The notes under the pieces are model-generated. The model worked only from the letters and a program-made list of their open reading frames with translations, was not told the origin of the DNA and did not search any database. Source: Candidatus Latescibacterota bacterium (lineage in GTDB: Bacteria; Latescibacterota; UBA2968). From it: a stretch of 64,000 nt of DNA. The translations under genes were made by a program, and so were the position numbers. The stretch lies in the NCBI GenBank assembly GCA_965204745.1, contig OZ242010.1, positions 384,001 to 448,000 of the forward strand, read 5' to 3'. Shown one piece after another: positions 18,643 to 28,328 of this stretch; position 1 is the first letter of the stretch; each line of letters begins with the position of its first letter.

Positions 18643-21237
18643 TCAAAACTGGTATTCGCGTTTGGTTTTGGGTTGGTCGGTCGGGGGGAGGGTTTGGGGG
18701 TTGGTGGCGTGGATTGGGCAGGGGCGTTTGGGTTCGGTGCCGGGCTTAAATACTTCGAGGTAGCGTTTGGCGCAATAGATGGACGCGACTTGGTACGTGT
18801 CCCCGCAGATTTCCACCTGTGGAATGTTGGGGGGCAAGGCGAAATCTTCGACCGGTAGATCGAGGATGTCGTGGGCGCGTTTCATGAACTCGGCCCAAAT
18901 CGGCAGGGCCACGCTTGCGCCGGACATGCGGCTGCCCATCGACACCTTGGAATCGAATCCCACCCACACGCCGCACGCGATTTGCGGGGTAAAGCCGATG
19001 AACCACGCGTCGGCGTAATTCTGCGTGGTGCCGGTCTTGCCGGCCGCGGGACGGCGAAACCCGTAGGCCGTGCGCGCGCTGCGTCCCGTGCCATTCAAAA
19101 TCGCGTCATTGTGGCCTTGGCGCATGTCCAGCACAGAGCGCAACAAATTCACGGTGACCGCGGCGGTTTCCTCGGTCAACACGGCGCGTTCGCGGCCTTG
19201 AAAATTCTCTTCCAGCACATTGCCGTTCTTGTCCTCAATTTTCAGCACGGTGACCGGGGCCACGCGAATGCCCTTGTTGCTCAACGTGCCGTACGCGGAC
19301 ACCAGTTCCAGCAACTTGACCTCGCTCGTGCCCATGCCCAAGGACAACACCGGGAAAATGCGCGAATCGATGCCCATTTTTTGCGCGTATTGCACCGCGG
19401 TTTTCGGCCCCACCTTTTGCAACACCTTTGTCGTTATCACATTGCGCGACCCGGCCAACCCCTCGCGCATGGTCATCCAGCCCAAAAATTTGTGGTCGTA
19501 ATTCTCCGGTTGCCAATACGTGCCGTCGAACATTTTGATGGAGACCGCCGTATCCGGCAACTTCCAGGTGGGCGCGTAGCCCTCGTCGATTGCCGCGGCG
19601 TAAATGAACGGCTTAAAAGAAGACCCCGGCTGCCGCAGGGCTTGTGTCGCACGGTTGAACTTGCTCTCCTCAAAATCCTGGCCTCCCACCATCGCCAAGA
19701 TATGCCCGGTGCGCGGATCGAGCGCGACCAACGCGCCTTGCAACACCAAATTGGCGAGGGTATCCCGCCGCGTCTTGATGTTGTCGAAAAACGCCTGGTC
19801 GGGCGGATTGTATTTCCAGTTGGCCGCCACGCGGTCTTTGAGTTGCCCGGTCACCTTGCGCGACACCACCTCTTCGGCGATGCGCTGCAACCGACTGTCC
19901 AACGCGGTCTGCACAGTCGCGCCGTCGTAAAGCACATTTACCCCGTAAGTGCGTTCCAAGTACTTGCGGATGTACTCGGTAAAATACGGGGCTTGACCGA
20001 TCTCTTCGGGGTGCGGTGCCAAAACGATGGGGCGTTGCAGGGCATCCCGATACTCCGCCTCGGCGATCTTGCCCGCCTGATACATGTTGTACAGCACCAC
20101 ATTGTCGCGCCTGTCCCGTGCGCGTTGCGGCCGATAAAGGGGCGAATAGGTGGTCGGCCCTTTCAAAAGCCCGACCAACAACGCGCTTTCCTCCAGCGTC
20201 AAATTTTCGGTATTTTTGCCAAAGAATCGGCGTGTAGCCGTCTGGATGCCGTACGCGCTATTGCCAAAATAGACTTGATTAAAATACATCGTGATGAGTT
20301 CGCGCTTGGTATAGGTGCGCTCCAAAAGCACGGCGGTCAGTTGCTCTTGGATTTTGCGTTTCCACGTTGGATCCAACGTCAAAAAAATGTTGCGCGCCAG
20401 TTGTTGCGTGACGGTACTCGCGCCGTGCCCCATCAATGTGCCGGACACCGTGACATTGCGAAACACCACGCGCATAATATCGGGAATGCTCACGCCCCAG
20501 TGTTGCCAGAACCGGCGGTCTTCTGTGGCAATCAGGGCGTCAATCGCGGTTTGGGGCAGTTGGTCAAATGCGATGGGATCGCGCCGTTGCACCCAAAACT
20601 TTTTCAACTCGACCCCATCTTGGGAAAAAATGTGGGTCGTCTGCGCGGGATCCACATCCTCGAGTTTTTCAAACGACGGCAGACCATCTTTGTGCGTGTA
20701 AATGACCACGGCCGCAATGACCGGGTACATCACCACGCAAATCGCACAGTAGCGCGCAACGCGCTTGAGATAGGGGTGCAACCATGGGGGAATGGAGAGG
20801 GTTTTCAAGGATCGCAACCATGAGCGGATCGCACAGTAGCGTACAACGCGCTTGAGATAGGGTTGCAACCATGCGGGGATGGAGAGGGTTTTCAAGGATC
20901 GCAACCATGAGCGGATCGCACAGTAGCGCGCAACGCGCTTGAGATAGGGGTGCAACCATGCGGAGATGGAGAGGGTTTTCAAGGATCGCAACCATGTGGA
21001 GATCGCACAGTAGCGCGCAACGCGCTTGAGATAGGGGTGCAACCATGCGGAGATGGAGAGGGTTTTCAAGGATCGCAACCATGTGGAGATCGCACAGTAG
21101 CGCGCAACGCGCTTGAGATAGGGGTGTAGCCATGGGAGGATGGAGAGGGTTTTCAAGGATCGCAACCATGAGCGGATCGCACAGTAGCGCGCAACGCGCT
21201 TGAGATAGGGGTGCAACCATGCGGGGATATTTTTCAT
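18643..21237 (-). CDS. Class A penicillin-binding protein (PBP1A family) with repetitive N-terminal extension
   Basis: Transglycosylase motifs ATEDRRF, GASTVTQQLARN, RKIQE. Transpeptidase motifs GSSFKP, SRN, KTGTT. Confidence 0.93.
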   Translation of the reverse strand: MKNIPAWLHPYLKRVARYCAIRSWLRSLKTLSILPWLHPYLKRVARYCAISTWLRSLKTLSISAWLHPYLKRVARYCAISTWLRSLKTLSISAWLHPYLKRVARYCAIRSWLRSLKTLSIPAWLQPYLKRVVRYCAIRSWLRSLKTLSIPPWLHPYLKRVARYCAICVVMYPVIAAVVIYTHKDGLPSFEKLEDVDPAQTTHIFSQDGVELKKFWVQRRDPIAFDQLPQTAIDALIATEDRRFWQHWGVSIPDIMRVVFRNVTVSGTLMGHGASTVTQQLARNIFLTLDPTWKRKIQEQLTAVLLERTYTKRELITMYFNQVYFGNSAYGIQTATRRFFGKNTENLTLEESALLVGLLKGPTTYSPLYRPQRARDRRDNVVLYNMYQAGKIAEAEYRDALQRPIVLAPHPEEIGQAPYFTEYIRKYLERTYGVNVLYDGATVQTALDSRLQRIAEEVVSRKVTGQLKDRVAANWKYNPPDQAFFDNIKTRRDTLANLVLQGALVALDPRTGHILAMVGGQDFEESKFNRATQALRQPGSSFKPFIYAAAIDEGYAPTWKLPDTAVSIKMFDGTYWQPENYDHKFLGWMTMREGLAGSRNVITTKVLQKVGPKTAVQYAQKMGIDSRIFPVLSLGMGTSEVKLLELVSAYGTLSNKGIRVAPVTVLKIEDKNGNVLEENFQGRERAVLTEETAAVTVNLLRSVLDMRQGHNDAILNGTGRSARTAYGFRRPAAGKTGTTQNYADAWFIGFTPQIACGVWVGFDSKVSMGSRMSGASVALPIWAEFMKRAHDILDLPVEDFALPPNIPQVEICGDTYQVASIYCAKRYLEVFKPGTEPKRPCPIHATNPQTLPPTDQPKTKREYQF
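20741..21230 (-). repeat. 87-bp in-frame tandem repeat (about 5.6 copies, 29 aa unit)
   Basis: ATCGCACAGTAGC recurs at 20741, 20828, 20915, 21002, 21089 and 21176. The unit encodes xxWLHPYLKRVARYCAIxxWLRSLKTLSI. Confidence 0.95.
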
Positions 21238-21306
21238 GGATATTTATCCGTTTCAGGCTTCGCCTGTGATGGCTTATAGCTATAGTTGCTCGGATGGCAT
21301 TGGGCG

Positions 21307-21700
21307 AGGGGACCTATCCCCCGGCCCCTTTCCTACAAGGAAAGGGGAGTAAAATTCCTTTGAGGGCTTCTAGCTCTAGCTGCTCTGATGGCGTTGGGGG
21401 ACCTATCCCCCGGCCCCTTTCCTACGAGGAAAGGGGAGTAAAGCTCCTTTGAGGGCTTATCGCTCCGGTTGCTCTGATGGCGTTGCGTTGCGCGAGGGCA
21501 TAAAGCGATCAGAAATCCCTCATCAATCCTCTCGCAAAACCGCTCACTGTTCCCCCCTTCCTCGCAGGAAGGGGGGTTAGGGGGGTAGGTCCCGATAGGG
21601 CATAAAGCGATTAAAAACCCCTCATCAATCCCCTCGCAAAACCGCTCACTGTTCCCCCCTTGTATCTTCGGGCGAGCACGGGGGCCTATCCCTACGGGAC
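21307..21700. repeat. Cluster of REP-like hairpin repeats (CCCCTTTCCT-N3-AGGAAAGGGG type)
   Basis: Copies near 21325, 21415 and 21552. Related copies near 31935-32010, 39213-39250, 39368-39437 and 47645-47720. Confidence 0.75.
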
Positions 21701-21719
21701 TTAGGGTTGGGTGGTGACG

Positions 21720-21886
21720 GGGTTGTCTCACCTCTCACCTATCCCGTCTCACCTCTCACCGAAGGGCGTTGGGCGGTGGCGGGGTTGTCTCACCTCTCCC
21801 GTCTCACCTCTCACCGAAGGGCGTTGGGCGGTGGCGGGGTTGCCTCACCTATCCCGTCTCACCTCTCACCGAAGGGCGTTGGGCGG
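21720..21886. repeat. 55-bp tandem repeat, 3 copies, built on TCTCACC units
   Basis: CCCGTCTCACCTCTCACCGAAGGGCGTTGGGCGG at 21743, 21798 and 21853. Confidence 0.9.
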
Positions 21887-21906
21887 GGCGGGAACTAACC
21901 ACTGCC

Positions 21907-23499
21907 TCAATCCGGATACAGCCACGGCACGCGGCGAATAATGTGATCGCGTTGTTCCTGCATCATGACCTCGATCACGGTGGGGCCTTCGAGCCCGAGG
22001 GTATCGGCGAACACGGACGCGAATCGGTCGGGATTATCCACGCGAATGCCCCGCGCGCCCAGAGACCGCGCTAGGTCCGCGAGTTGGGGCGTTTGCATGT
22101 CCGTGTCGATCACGCGGCCGTCAAAGGCTTTGGCTTGCGCGCCGCGAATCGCCGAGAGGCTGCCATCATTGGAAACCACGCACACGGTCTCAATGCCGTG
22201 TTCGGCGGCGGTGGCGAGTTCGCTCGCGGTCATCTGAAAGCCGCCATCCCCGCAAAACGCAATGACCTGTTGGCGCGGGCACGCGAGTTTGGCACCGATG
22301 GCAGCGGGCACGGCAAAGCCCAGCGTGACCGAGTGGCTCGGGTAGAGAAACGTGCGCGGATGGGCGATGGGATATTCGTCAAAGGCGCGATAGCCAATGG
22401 ACGTGACATCCACCACGATGATCGCATCATCGGGCAGCGCGTTGCGGGTCGCGCTCATGATGGGGATGGGCGGGCGGTTGGCCGCGACCTCAATGCGGTC
22501 GCCCCAAGCCGCCGCATAATCGCCCGTGGCTTCGGCCAGTTGGGGAATGGATTGCGCGAGATCCCCAGCGGCGCCGACTTCGATGGGATATTCGCGGCCG
22601 AGTTCCTTCGGATCCGGGTCGAGTTGGATTTTCCTCTCCGGCAGGCGGAGCGTCCAACTGCGCGTGTCGATCTGCGTGAACCTACACCCTATCGCCAAGA
22701 GCAAATCCGCATTGCCCAACACGTCTTGCCCGGCTTTGGCAGAACAGTGCCCCACGGCGAGGAGATGGCTGTCCGGGATGACCCCCTTACCCAAGCGGGT
22801 ATAGACCACCGGCAGATGGCATTGCTCCGCGAGTGAACAAAGCGCGGCTGTGGCATCGGCGTGGATGACCGCGCCGCCCGCGAGGATGACCGGGCGGTTG
22901 GCCGAGCGAAGGGCGTGGGCCGCCTGCGCGATGTCCGCGCTGTGCGAGCATGGGCGTTCTCCTTCGACCAGCGGGGGAATGTCCGCTGTGCCCTCGGCCG
23001 CGGCGATATCGGTCGGCAATTCGATCACCGCAGGGCCAGGGCGCGGGGCGCGCAATGCTCGGAACGCGCCGACGACCGCGTCGGGGATTTCCGCGATGGA
23101 CTTGGGCCGCGCAAAAAAGCGCGTGATGGGTTCAAAAAAGGATTCTTGGTCCAAGCCGTGAAAACACTTGGCGCGATCCCGTGCGTCAAATGCCACTTCA
23201 GTGCCGCCGGTGATCAGCAACACCGGGACGCAATCGGTGTGGGCATCCACAAGGCCCGTGGAGGCATTGGTCGATCCAGGGCCCGGAACCGTGAGCGCGG
23301 CCCCCACGCGCCCGGATGCGCGGGCATAGCCATTCGCGATCAGGGTCGCGCCCTGCTCGTGCCGGATGAGCAGATGGCGAATCCCTCCCGCGCGCAACAC
23401 CGCGTCGTAGAGGTGAATATTCTGGTTGCCGGGCATGCCGGTCAGGGTATCAATGCCCTGCACTTTCAGGCTTTGGATGAGAACATCGGCTCCGGTCAT
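21907..23499 (-). CDS. Thiamine pyrophosphate-dependent enzyme (acetolactate synthase-like)
   Basis: GMPG, RHEQGA, GPGSTN, GDGGFQM...N ThDP motif. Confidence 0.9.
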   Translation of the reverse strand: MTGADVLIQSLKVQGIDTLTGMPGNQNIHLYDAVLRAGGIRHLLIRHEQGATLIANGYARASGRVGAALTVPGPGSTNASTGLVDAHTDCVPVLLITGGTEVAFDARDRAKCFHGLDQESFFEPITRFFARPKSIAEIPDAVVGAFRALRAPRPGPAVIELPTDIAAAEGTADIPPLVEGERPCSHSADIAQAAHALRSANRPVILAGGAVIHADATAALCSLAEQCHLPVVYTRLGKGVIPDSHLLAVGHCSAKAGQDVLGNADLLLAIGCRFTQIDTRSWTLRLPERKIQLDPDPKELGREYPIEVGAAGDLAQSIPQLAEATGDYAAAWGDRIEVAANRPPIPIMSATRNALPDDAIIVVDVTSIGYRAFDEYPIAHPRTFLYPSHSVTLGFAVPAAIGAKLACPRQQVIAFCGDGGFQMTASELATAAEHGIETVCVVSNDGSLSAIRGAQAKAFDGRVIDTDMQTPQLADLARSLGARGIRVDNPDRFASVFADTLGLEGPTVIEVMMQEQRDHIIRRVPWLYPD

Positions 23500-23584
23500 G
23501 AGTTATCCTTTAAGGGTAAGATGTGAGAAGTCATGGCGCAACATGCCCCAGATTGAATGGCGTAGGGGGCTATAATTATAGCCC

Positions 23585-24670
23585 CTACTTTGCAAAAAGA
23601 GCGACGTATTCCGCTGCGGTTTTGTCCCAGGTAAATTCCGTACGGACGTACTCGCGGGCCTCGCGCTCGATTTGGGCGCGTTCTTTGGGGGAAAGGCGAA
23701 AGAAAGCGTGGATTTGATCGGCGAATGCCGCGTAGTCGTTGGGGGGAATGAGGTACCCGCCTTTGCGGACGCTTTCGGGCAGTGCGTCAACCGCGAAGAC
23801 CACCGCGGGGGTGCCGTCGTACATGCATTCGAGTTGCGCGATGCCACAGCCCTCGATGTCATTGGGATAGGGCACGTTGGGCATGATGAACAGGTCCGCT
23901 TCTCTGCGGATCATGCCGAGTTCTTCATCGCTGAGGTAGAGGAGGAACACGCGGTCTTGCAGATCGTTTTCTTCCCAAATTCTGCGAATGCGCGCCGCGT
24001 CCGGTCCCGTGCCGCTGATGATGAGTTTGATGTGCGGGTCGAGCAAGGGCAGGCCGCGTTCCAAGAATTGGGCCATGCCTTTGCGGGGGACTTGTCTGCC
24101 GAAGTTGAGGAGGATTTTGTCGCGCCCGAATCGAATGCCATGCTCGGCTTCAAACCGCGCTTTGAGGTCCCCGCGTTGCGATTCGGGAATGCTCGGCGGG
24201 TCGATGCCGAGGTAGATGATGGCGATTTTCTCATCGGGCACGCCAGCGCGCAGGGCGACTTCTCGGGTCTTTTGACTGATGACCGCCACCTTGTCGCACG
24301 CCGAGACCCCATAGCGCATCAGCCGGCTCAATATGGGATGGGCGTAGGTCATTTCCAAGCCGTAAATGGTCACGACAAATCGTGCGCGCGTCAAGGGCCG
24401 CAGAAATGGCGCGATAGAACAGATCACGCCGTCCGAAAAATAAATGACCTCCACGCGCCTGAAGATCACTTGAAAAAACGCGAGGAGAAAGGCGTAGGGC
24501 ACGAACCAACCGAGGTGCCACAGCGCGTTTTTGCCCAGCGCGACCAGTTTGACCGGGTGCGATTCCGCGAGGCGGCGATAGAGGTTGTAACAGTGCGTTT
24601 CTATCCCCCCCACACTCGGCGGATACCGCCGCGCGAGAAAGAGGATGCGAGGAGTGTTTTGAGGAGACAT
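23585..24670 (-). CDS. Glycosyltransferase family 4
   Basis: YPPSVGGIE, GRQVPRKG, EGCGIAQLE motifs. Start trimmed to MSPQ at 24670. Confidence 0.88.
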   Translation of the reverse strand: MSPQNTPRILFLARRYPPSVGGIETHCYNLYRRLAESHPVKLVALGKNALWHLGWFVPYAFLLAFFQVIFRRVEVIYFSDGVICSIAPFLRPLTRARFVVTIYGLEMTYAHPILSRLMRYGVSACDKVAVISQKTREVALRAGVPDEKIAIIYLGIDPPSIPESQRGDLKARFEAEHGIRFGRDKILLNFGRQVPRKGMAQFLERGLPLLDPHIKLIISGTGPDAARIRRIWEENDLQDRVFLLYLSDEELGMIRREADLFIMPNVPYPNDIEGCGIAQLECMYDGTPAVVFAVDALPESVRKGGYLIPPNDYAAFADQIHAFFRLSPKERAQIEREAREYVRTEFTWDKTAAEYVALFAK

Positions 24671-24779
24671 AGAAAATGAATTAGGTCGTGTTGACATTTT
24701 ATTTTTTGACGTTACACACAGAGTAGCAGATGTGTTGTGTTGCTTGCCCATTAATGCGTTTGGTCCTACAGCCTCGTTG

Positions 24780-25150
24780 GTTGCCTTTGATGCCTTCGGC
24801 GACTTACTTTTTTTCAACAGCAAAAAAAAGTAAGCAAAAAATGCCGCTCTCAAACGCCGAGAGGCTTGCACAGCGCAAAACGCTTTTGTAACAGAACGAT
24901 ATGCGCCAGCCTGCAAAGTGGGTTGCAAGATGGACGTTGGTTGCGAGACGGACTTGCGCGCTGTGCGTGATGGCTTTAGCTGATGGTCTTTTGCGATGGC
25001 ACTTATTGGGATGCCTTCTTTGAACTGCGGAACGTCAGTGAATACGATGAGCGTGGTAGCAAAAGGCGAGAAATCTGAAGGAGCGACTGTCCGAGTTTCT
25101 CAAACCGAGAGCATATCCTGCGATAGTCCGTTCAAAGGCGAGCAGTGAGT
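24780..25150. repeat. Structured intergenic element (candidate MITE or ncRNA-like repeat)
   Basis: 12-bp stem CTTACTTTTTTT/AAAAAAAGTAAG (24803-24834) and TTTGAAC/GTTCAAA pairing. Its 3' end GATAGTCCGTTCAAAGGCGAGCAGTG recurs at ~41234 and ~52691. Confidence 0.5.
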
Positions 25151-25189
25151 GTAGGTCTTCTCCCGTCTTGCCTCTCACCTCTCACCTTT

Positions 25190-26254
25190 TTAGGGGATAG
25201 GGTGAATATCCGCTCGTTTTTCGCGGCGGGCGAGTTCGCGGTTGGCTTTTTCTCGGTCCGCTTGGGTTTTCAGCGGGATGGTGGTCGCGCCCGGGCACGG
25301 TTTGGGATAGAGGATGCGGCTGGCGCCTGCGCGTTTGACGGCTTTGACCACGGGGATTATGTCCGGCGCGAGCGCGATGATCGTGCCCCCGCCGCCCGCG
25401 CCCGCGAGTTTCGCGCCGAGCGCGCCCGCGTCGCGTGCGGCTCGAATGAGGCACTCATTTTCCGGGCCCGATCCGCCCAGGTCGCGTTGGATGTCGTGGT
25501 TTTCGGTCATGAGCGCGCCTAGGCGGTGCCAGTCCTTGGCGAGGAGGGCGCGTTTGCCCATGCGCGCGAGGTGGGCGATGCGGAGATAGCACCGCCGAAC
25601 TTCTCGGTCGCCTTCCCACCAGCGTTCTCGAATGGGCAGATGCACGGTGCCGGATGAGCGTTGCACGCCCGTGTGCGCCAACACAAAGGGGTGCTCCGAG
25701 ACGTAGGCGTGCAGCGGTTCGACGGTCGCATAGGGTTCGTCGCCAAATGCGCGGTAGAATTGCTTGCCGTTGAAATCCATGTAATTCAACCCCCCGAACA
25801 TGCACATATAGGCGTCTTGGTACCCGCACAATGCCATGTAGTTGAGTTCGATGTGGCGCGCCATTTCCGCGCGAAAAAAGGGGTGTTCATCCCGGTTGAG
25901 AAAGGCGAAAATGGCGTTGAGAATGGAGACGCTCATCGCCGACGAACTGGAAAGCCCGGCCGCAAAGGGCACGTCGCACGCCCAACGCAAGGAGAATTTC
26001 GCACGGCCCAAGTCGAGAAAATCGATGATGGCTTTGGCGACGTCAAAATAGCCCCCGTCTGGATAGAGGTCTTCGGGACGATGCACTTCAAAGCATTGCC
26101 CGGCCACTTCAAAACGGAGGATGTCGGCCGGTTCGATGAGCACGGCTGCGCGTTCTTGCGTGGAACAAGAGATGACGCTGCCGCCGTACATGTCCGTGGG
26201 ATTGCCGATGATGCCACACCGCCCTGGCGCGGTGGAGAGAAACGCATGGGTCAT
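25190..26254 (-). CDS. GHMP-family sugar kinase (glucuronokinase/galactokinase-like)
   Basis: APGRCGIIGNPTDMYGG, PFAAGLSSSSA, CGYQD, GAKLAGAGGGG. Confidence 0.85.
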   Translation of the reverse strand: MTHAFLSTAPGRCGIIGNPTDMYGGSVISCSTQERAAVLIEPADILRFEVAGQCFEVHRPEDLYPDGGYFDVAKAIIDFLDLGRAKFSLRWACDVPFAAGLSSSSAMSVSILNAIFAFLNRDEHPFFRAEMARHIELNYMALCGYQDAYMCMFGGLNYMDFNGKQFYRAFGDEPYATVEPLHAYVSEHPFVLAHTGVQRSSGTVHLPIRERWWEGDREVRRCYLRIAHLARMGKRALLAKDWHRLGALMTENHDIQRDLGGSGPENECLIRAARDAGALGAKLAGAGGGGTIIALAPDIIPVVKAVKRAGASRILYPKPCPGATTIPLKTQADREKANRELARREKRADIHPIP

Positions 26255-27162
26255 TAGAATTGCCTCAGACGCTTTTGCAAGTACTGGCGGATGCGGTAGC
26301 CATAGCGTTGATCGAACAGGGCAAAGTCGATGAAGGACTTAAAATACGATTCAAAATTGCCGATGTCGTAGCGCGATTCTTCCGGGTACAATCTGATGCA
26401 GCGCACGGCGTGTCCCATTTTGAGGAGCGTGGCAATGGCGTCTGTGAGCTCGAGTTTGCCCCGGTAACCGGGGGATGTGCGCTTGAGCGCGGCGAAAATT
26501 TCCGGATTGAAAATGTAGCGCGCGGCCACGCCCAAGTTACTCGGCGCGTTTTCCGGCGCGGGCTTTTCTACGATGTGGTCGATTTCAAAATCGCCTTGCG
26601 CTGCGCCGGGTTTGGGCGCGACAATGCCATACTGGTTTTCCTCGCCCTCGGGCACTTCGATGACCGCGATGGTGCAACTCGCCCGGTTTTCGACGTGCGA
26701 TTTGATCATGCGCCGCACCAAGCCCGCGTGGTTGCCCGATTTGATGATGGTGTCTCCAAACGCGACCACAAATGCCTCCCCGCCGACAAAGTCCTCGGCC
26801 CTGCCGACGGCATCGCCAATCCCCGCCGGACTGATGTGCCCGGCGGGAATGATCTGCCGGGTGTAAAAAAATTTGACGCCCTCTTTTTCGTAATCGAGTT
26901 CGTCGAGCAACTTGTTGTGGTCGCTTTCCGAGAGGTAGGATTGCAGTTCGGGGTCGCGGTCAAAGTGGTCTTCAATGGTGCGTTTGTCCTTGCCGGTGAC
27001 AAACAGGATTTTCTTCAACCCTTGCTCAATGACTTCCTCAACCACGTATTGAACGATGGGCTTCCTGCCCACGGGCAACATTTCCTTGGGCTGCGACTTG
27101 GTGGCTGGCAACAAACTGGTCCCCAACCCCGCAACCGGAATCACGACTTTTTCAATGTTCAT
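26254..27162 (-). CDS. galU: UTP--glucose-1-phosphate uridylyltransferase family
   Basis: KVVIPVAGLGT, PATKSQPKEMLP, VEKP, ELTDAI, RYDIGN. Confidence 0.85.
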   Translation of the reverse strand: MNIEKVVIPVAGLGTSLLPATKSQPKEMLPVGRKPIVQYVVEEVIEQGLKKILFVTGKDKRTIEDHFDRDPELQSYLSESDHNKLLDELDYEKEGVKFFYTRQIIPAGHISPAGIGDAVGRAEDFVGGEAFVVAFGDTIIKSGNHAGLVRRMIKSHVENRASCTIAVIEVPEGEENQYGIVAPKPGAAQGDFEIDHIVEKPAPENAPSNLGVAARYIFNPEIFAALKRTSPGYRGKLELTDAIATLLKMGHAVRCIRLYPEESRYDIGNFESYFKSFIDFALFDQRYGYRIRQYLQKRLRQF

Positions 27163-27277
27163 GGTATGTCTCCGCTAAATGCCAACCGCTTGACAGGGCT
27201 TGCGTTGTCGTTTAGAATACCCCAAAAAAATAACAAGACCACCATGCAAAACGCAAGGCAAAAAGGCCATCGGCGAT

Positions 27278-28249
27278 ATGAAAAACAAAACCCCAACCGA
27301 TCCCCGCGCGTGGACTTCGCAGACCATTGACCCGTCCTCCGAGTGGTATTATCCCCTTTCCGATTTGTCCGCATTGGAGCGCGGGGCGCGGGCGGGCGCG
27401 GTGGATGACCTCCGCGTCTCCGATGCCATCCGGTCCGCCTGCGCGCCATGTCTGACGCCGGTATTGGACGCCTTGCAAACCGGGCGCGGATTTGCGATTG
27501 TCGAGCGGTTGCCTTTGGAAAATTATACGCTTGACGAGGCGCGGGGGTTGTATTGGCTGATCGGCCAGTGTTTGGGCGTGCCTTTTGAGCAGAATATCGA
27601 AGGGACTTTGCTCTACGACGTGCGCGATACCGGGCGCGATGTGAAAACCGGGGCGCGATTTTCCGTGACCAATGCCGAGAGTTCGTTCCACACAGACGGC
27701 GCGTTTGGGGTGCAAGTGCCCGATGTGGTGGGCTTGCTGTGCGTCAAGACCGCACGCTCGGGTGGACGCAGTCAGTTGATCAGCGCGTACGCCCTGCACG
27801 ACAAATTGCTCGCAGACGCGCCCGAGGTGATGAACGCGCTCTACGCGCCTTTTTGCTTTGACAGACGCGGGCAATTTTTGCCGGGGGAAGCATCTGTCAC
27901 CCGCGCGCCCATTTTTGCGTGGGATGACGAAATCCTGCAAACGCGCTATTTGCATTATTACATCCGCGTGGGCCATCGAGAGGCGGGCATGCCCTTGACG
28001 CACGACCAGATCCGCGCCCTCGACGCGGTGGAAGCAACGCTGAAGCAACCGGAGATGTGCATAGAATTTGACCTCGCGCCCGGGCAGATGCTGTTCACCA
28101 ATAACCGCTGGATTTTGCACAACCGCACGGCGTTTGAAGATCACCCCCATCCCGAGCAAAGACGGCATTATGTGCGGTTATGGTTGATGGAAAAGCAACC
28201 AAATAAGAAAGCGGATGAACCGAAGGGAGTTGGGCGGGGTAGGGCCTGA
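27278..28249 (+). CDS. TauD/TfdA-family Fe(II)/2-oxoglutarate dioxygenase
   Basis: FHTD iron-binding motif, NNRWILHNRTAF, RHYVRLW. Confidence 0.88.
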   Translation: MKNKTPTDPRAWTSQTIDPSSEWYYPLSDLSALERGARAGAVDDLRVSDAIRSACAPCLTPVLDALQTGRGFAIVERLPLENYTLDEARGLYWLIGQCLGVPFEQNIEGTLLYDVRDTGRDVKTGARFSVTNAESSFHTDGAFGVQVPDVVGLLCVKTARSGGRSQLISAYALHDKLLADAPEVMNALYAPFCFDRRGQFLPGEASVTRAPIFAWDDEILQTRYLHYYIRVGHREAGMPLTHDQIRALDAVEATLKQPEMCIEFDLAPGQMLFTNNRWILHNRTAFEDHPHPEQRRHYVRLWLMEKQPNKKADEPKGVGRGRA

Positions 28250-28328
28250 CTACTGACTGAGGACAGGCTGTCCCTACGGATGATGGACACGCACACGGCG
28301 GGGCAGGGGAGCGGCGGGGATCGCACAG

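Noticed and set aside
18871-20823. 650-aa plus-strand ORF and similar long antisense ORFs (e.g. 61006..62391, 26260..27330, 55105..56040, 27212..28168)
   Set aside because: These are shadows of well-supported genes on the opposite strand in GC-rich DNA, with no motifs of their own.
20741-21230. 87-bp repeats as a CRISPR array
   Set aside because: Units are contiguous with no unique spacers, lie in frame within the PBP1A gene, and no cas genes are present.
21720-21886. 55-bp repeats as a mini-CRISPR
   Set aside because: The intervening segments are near-identical, so this is a plain tandem repeat.
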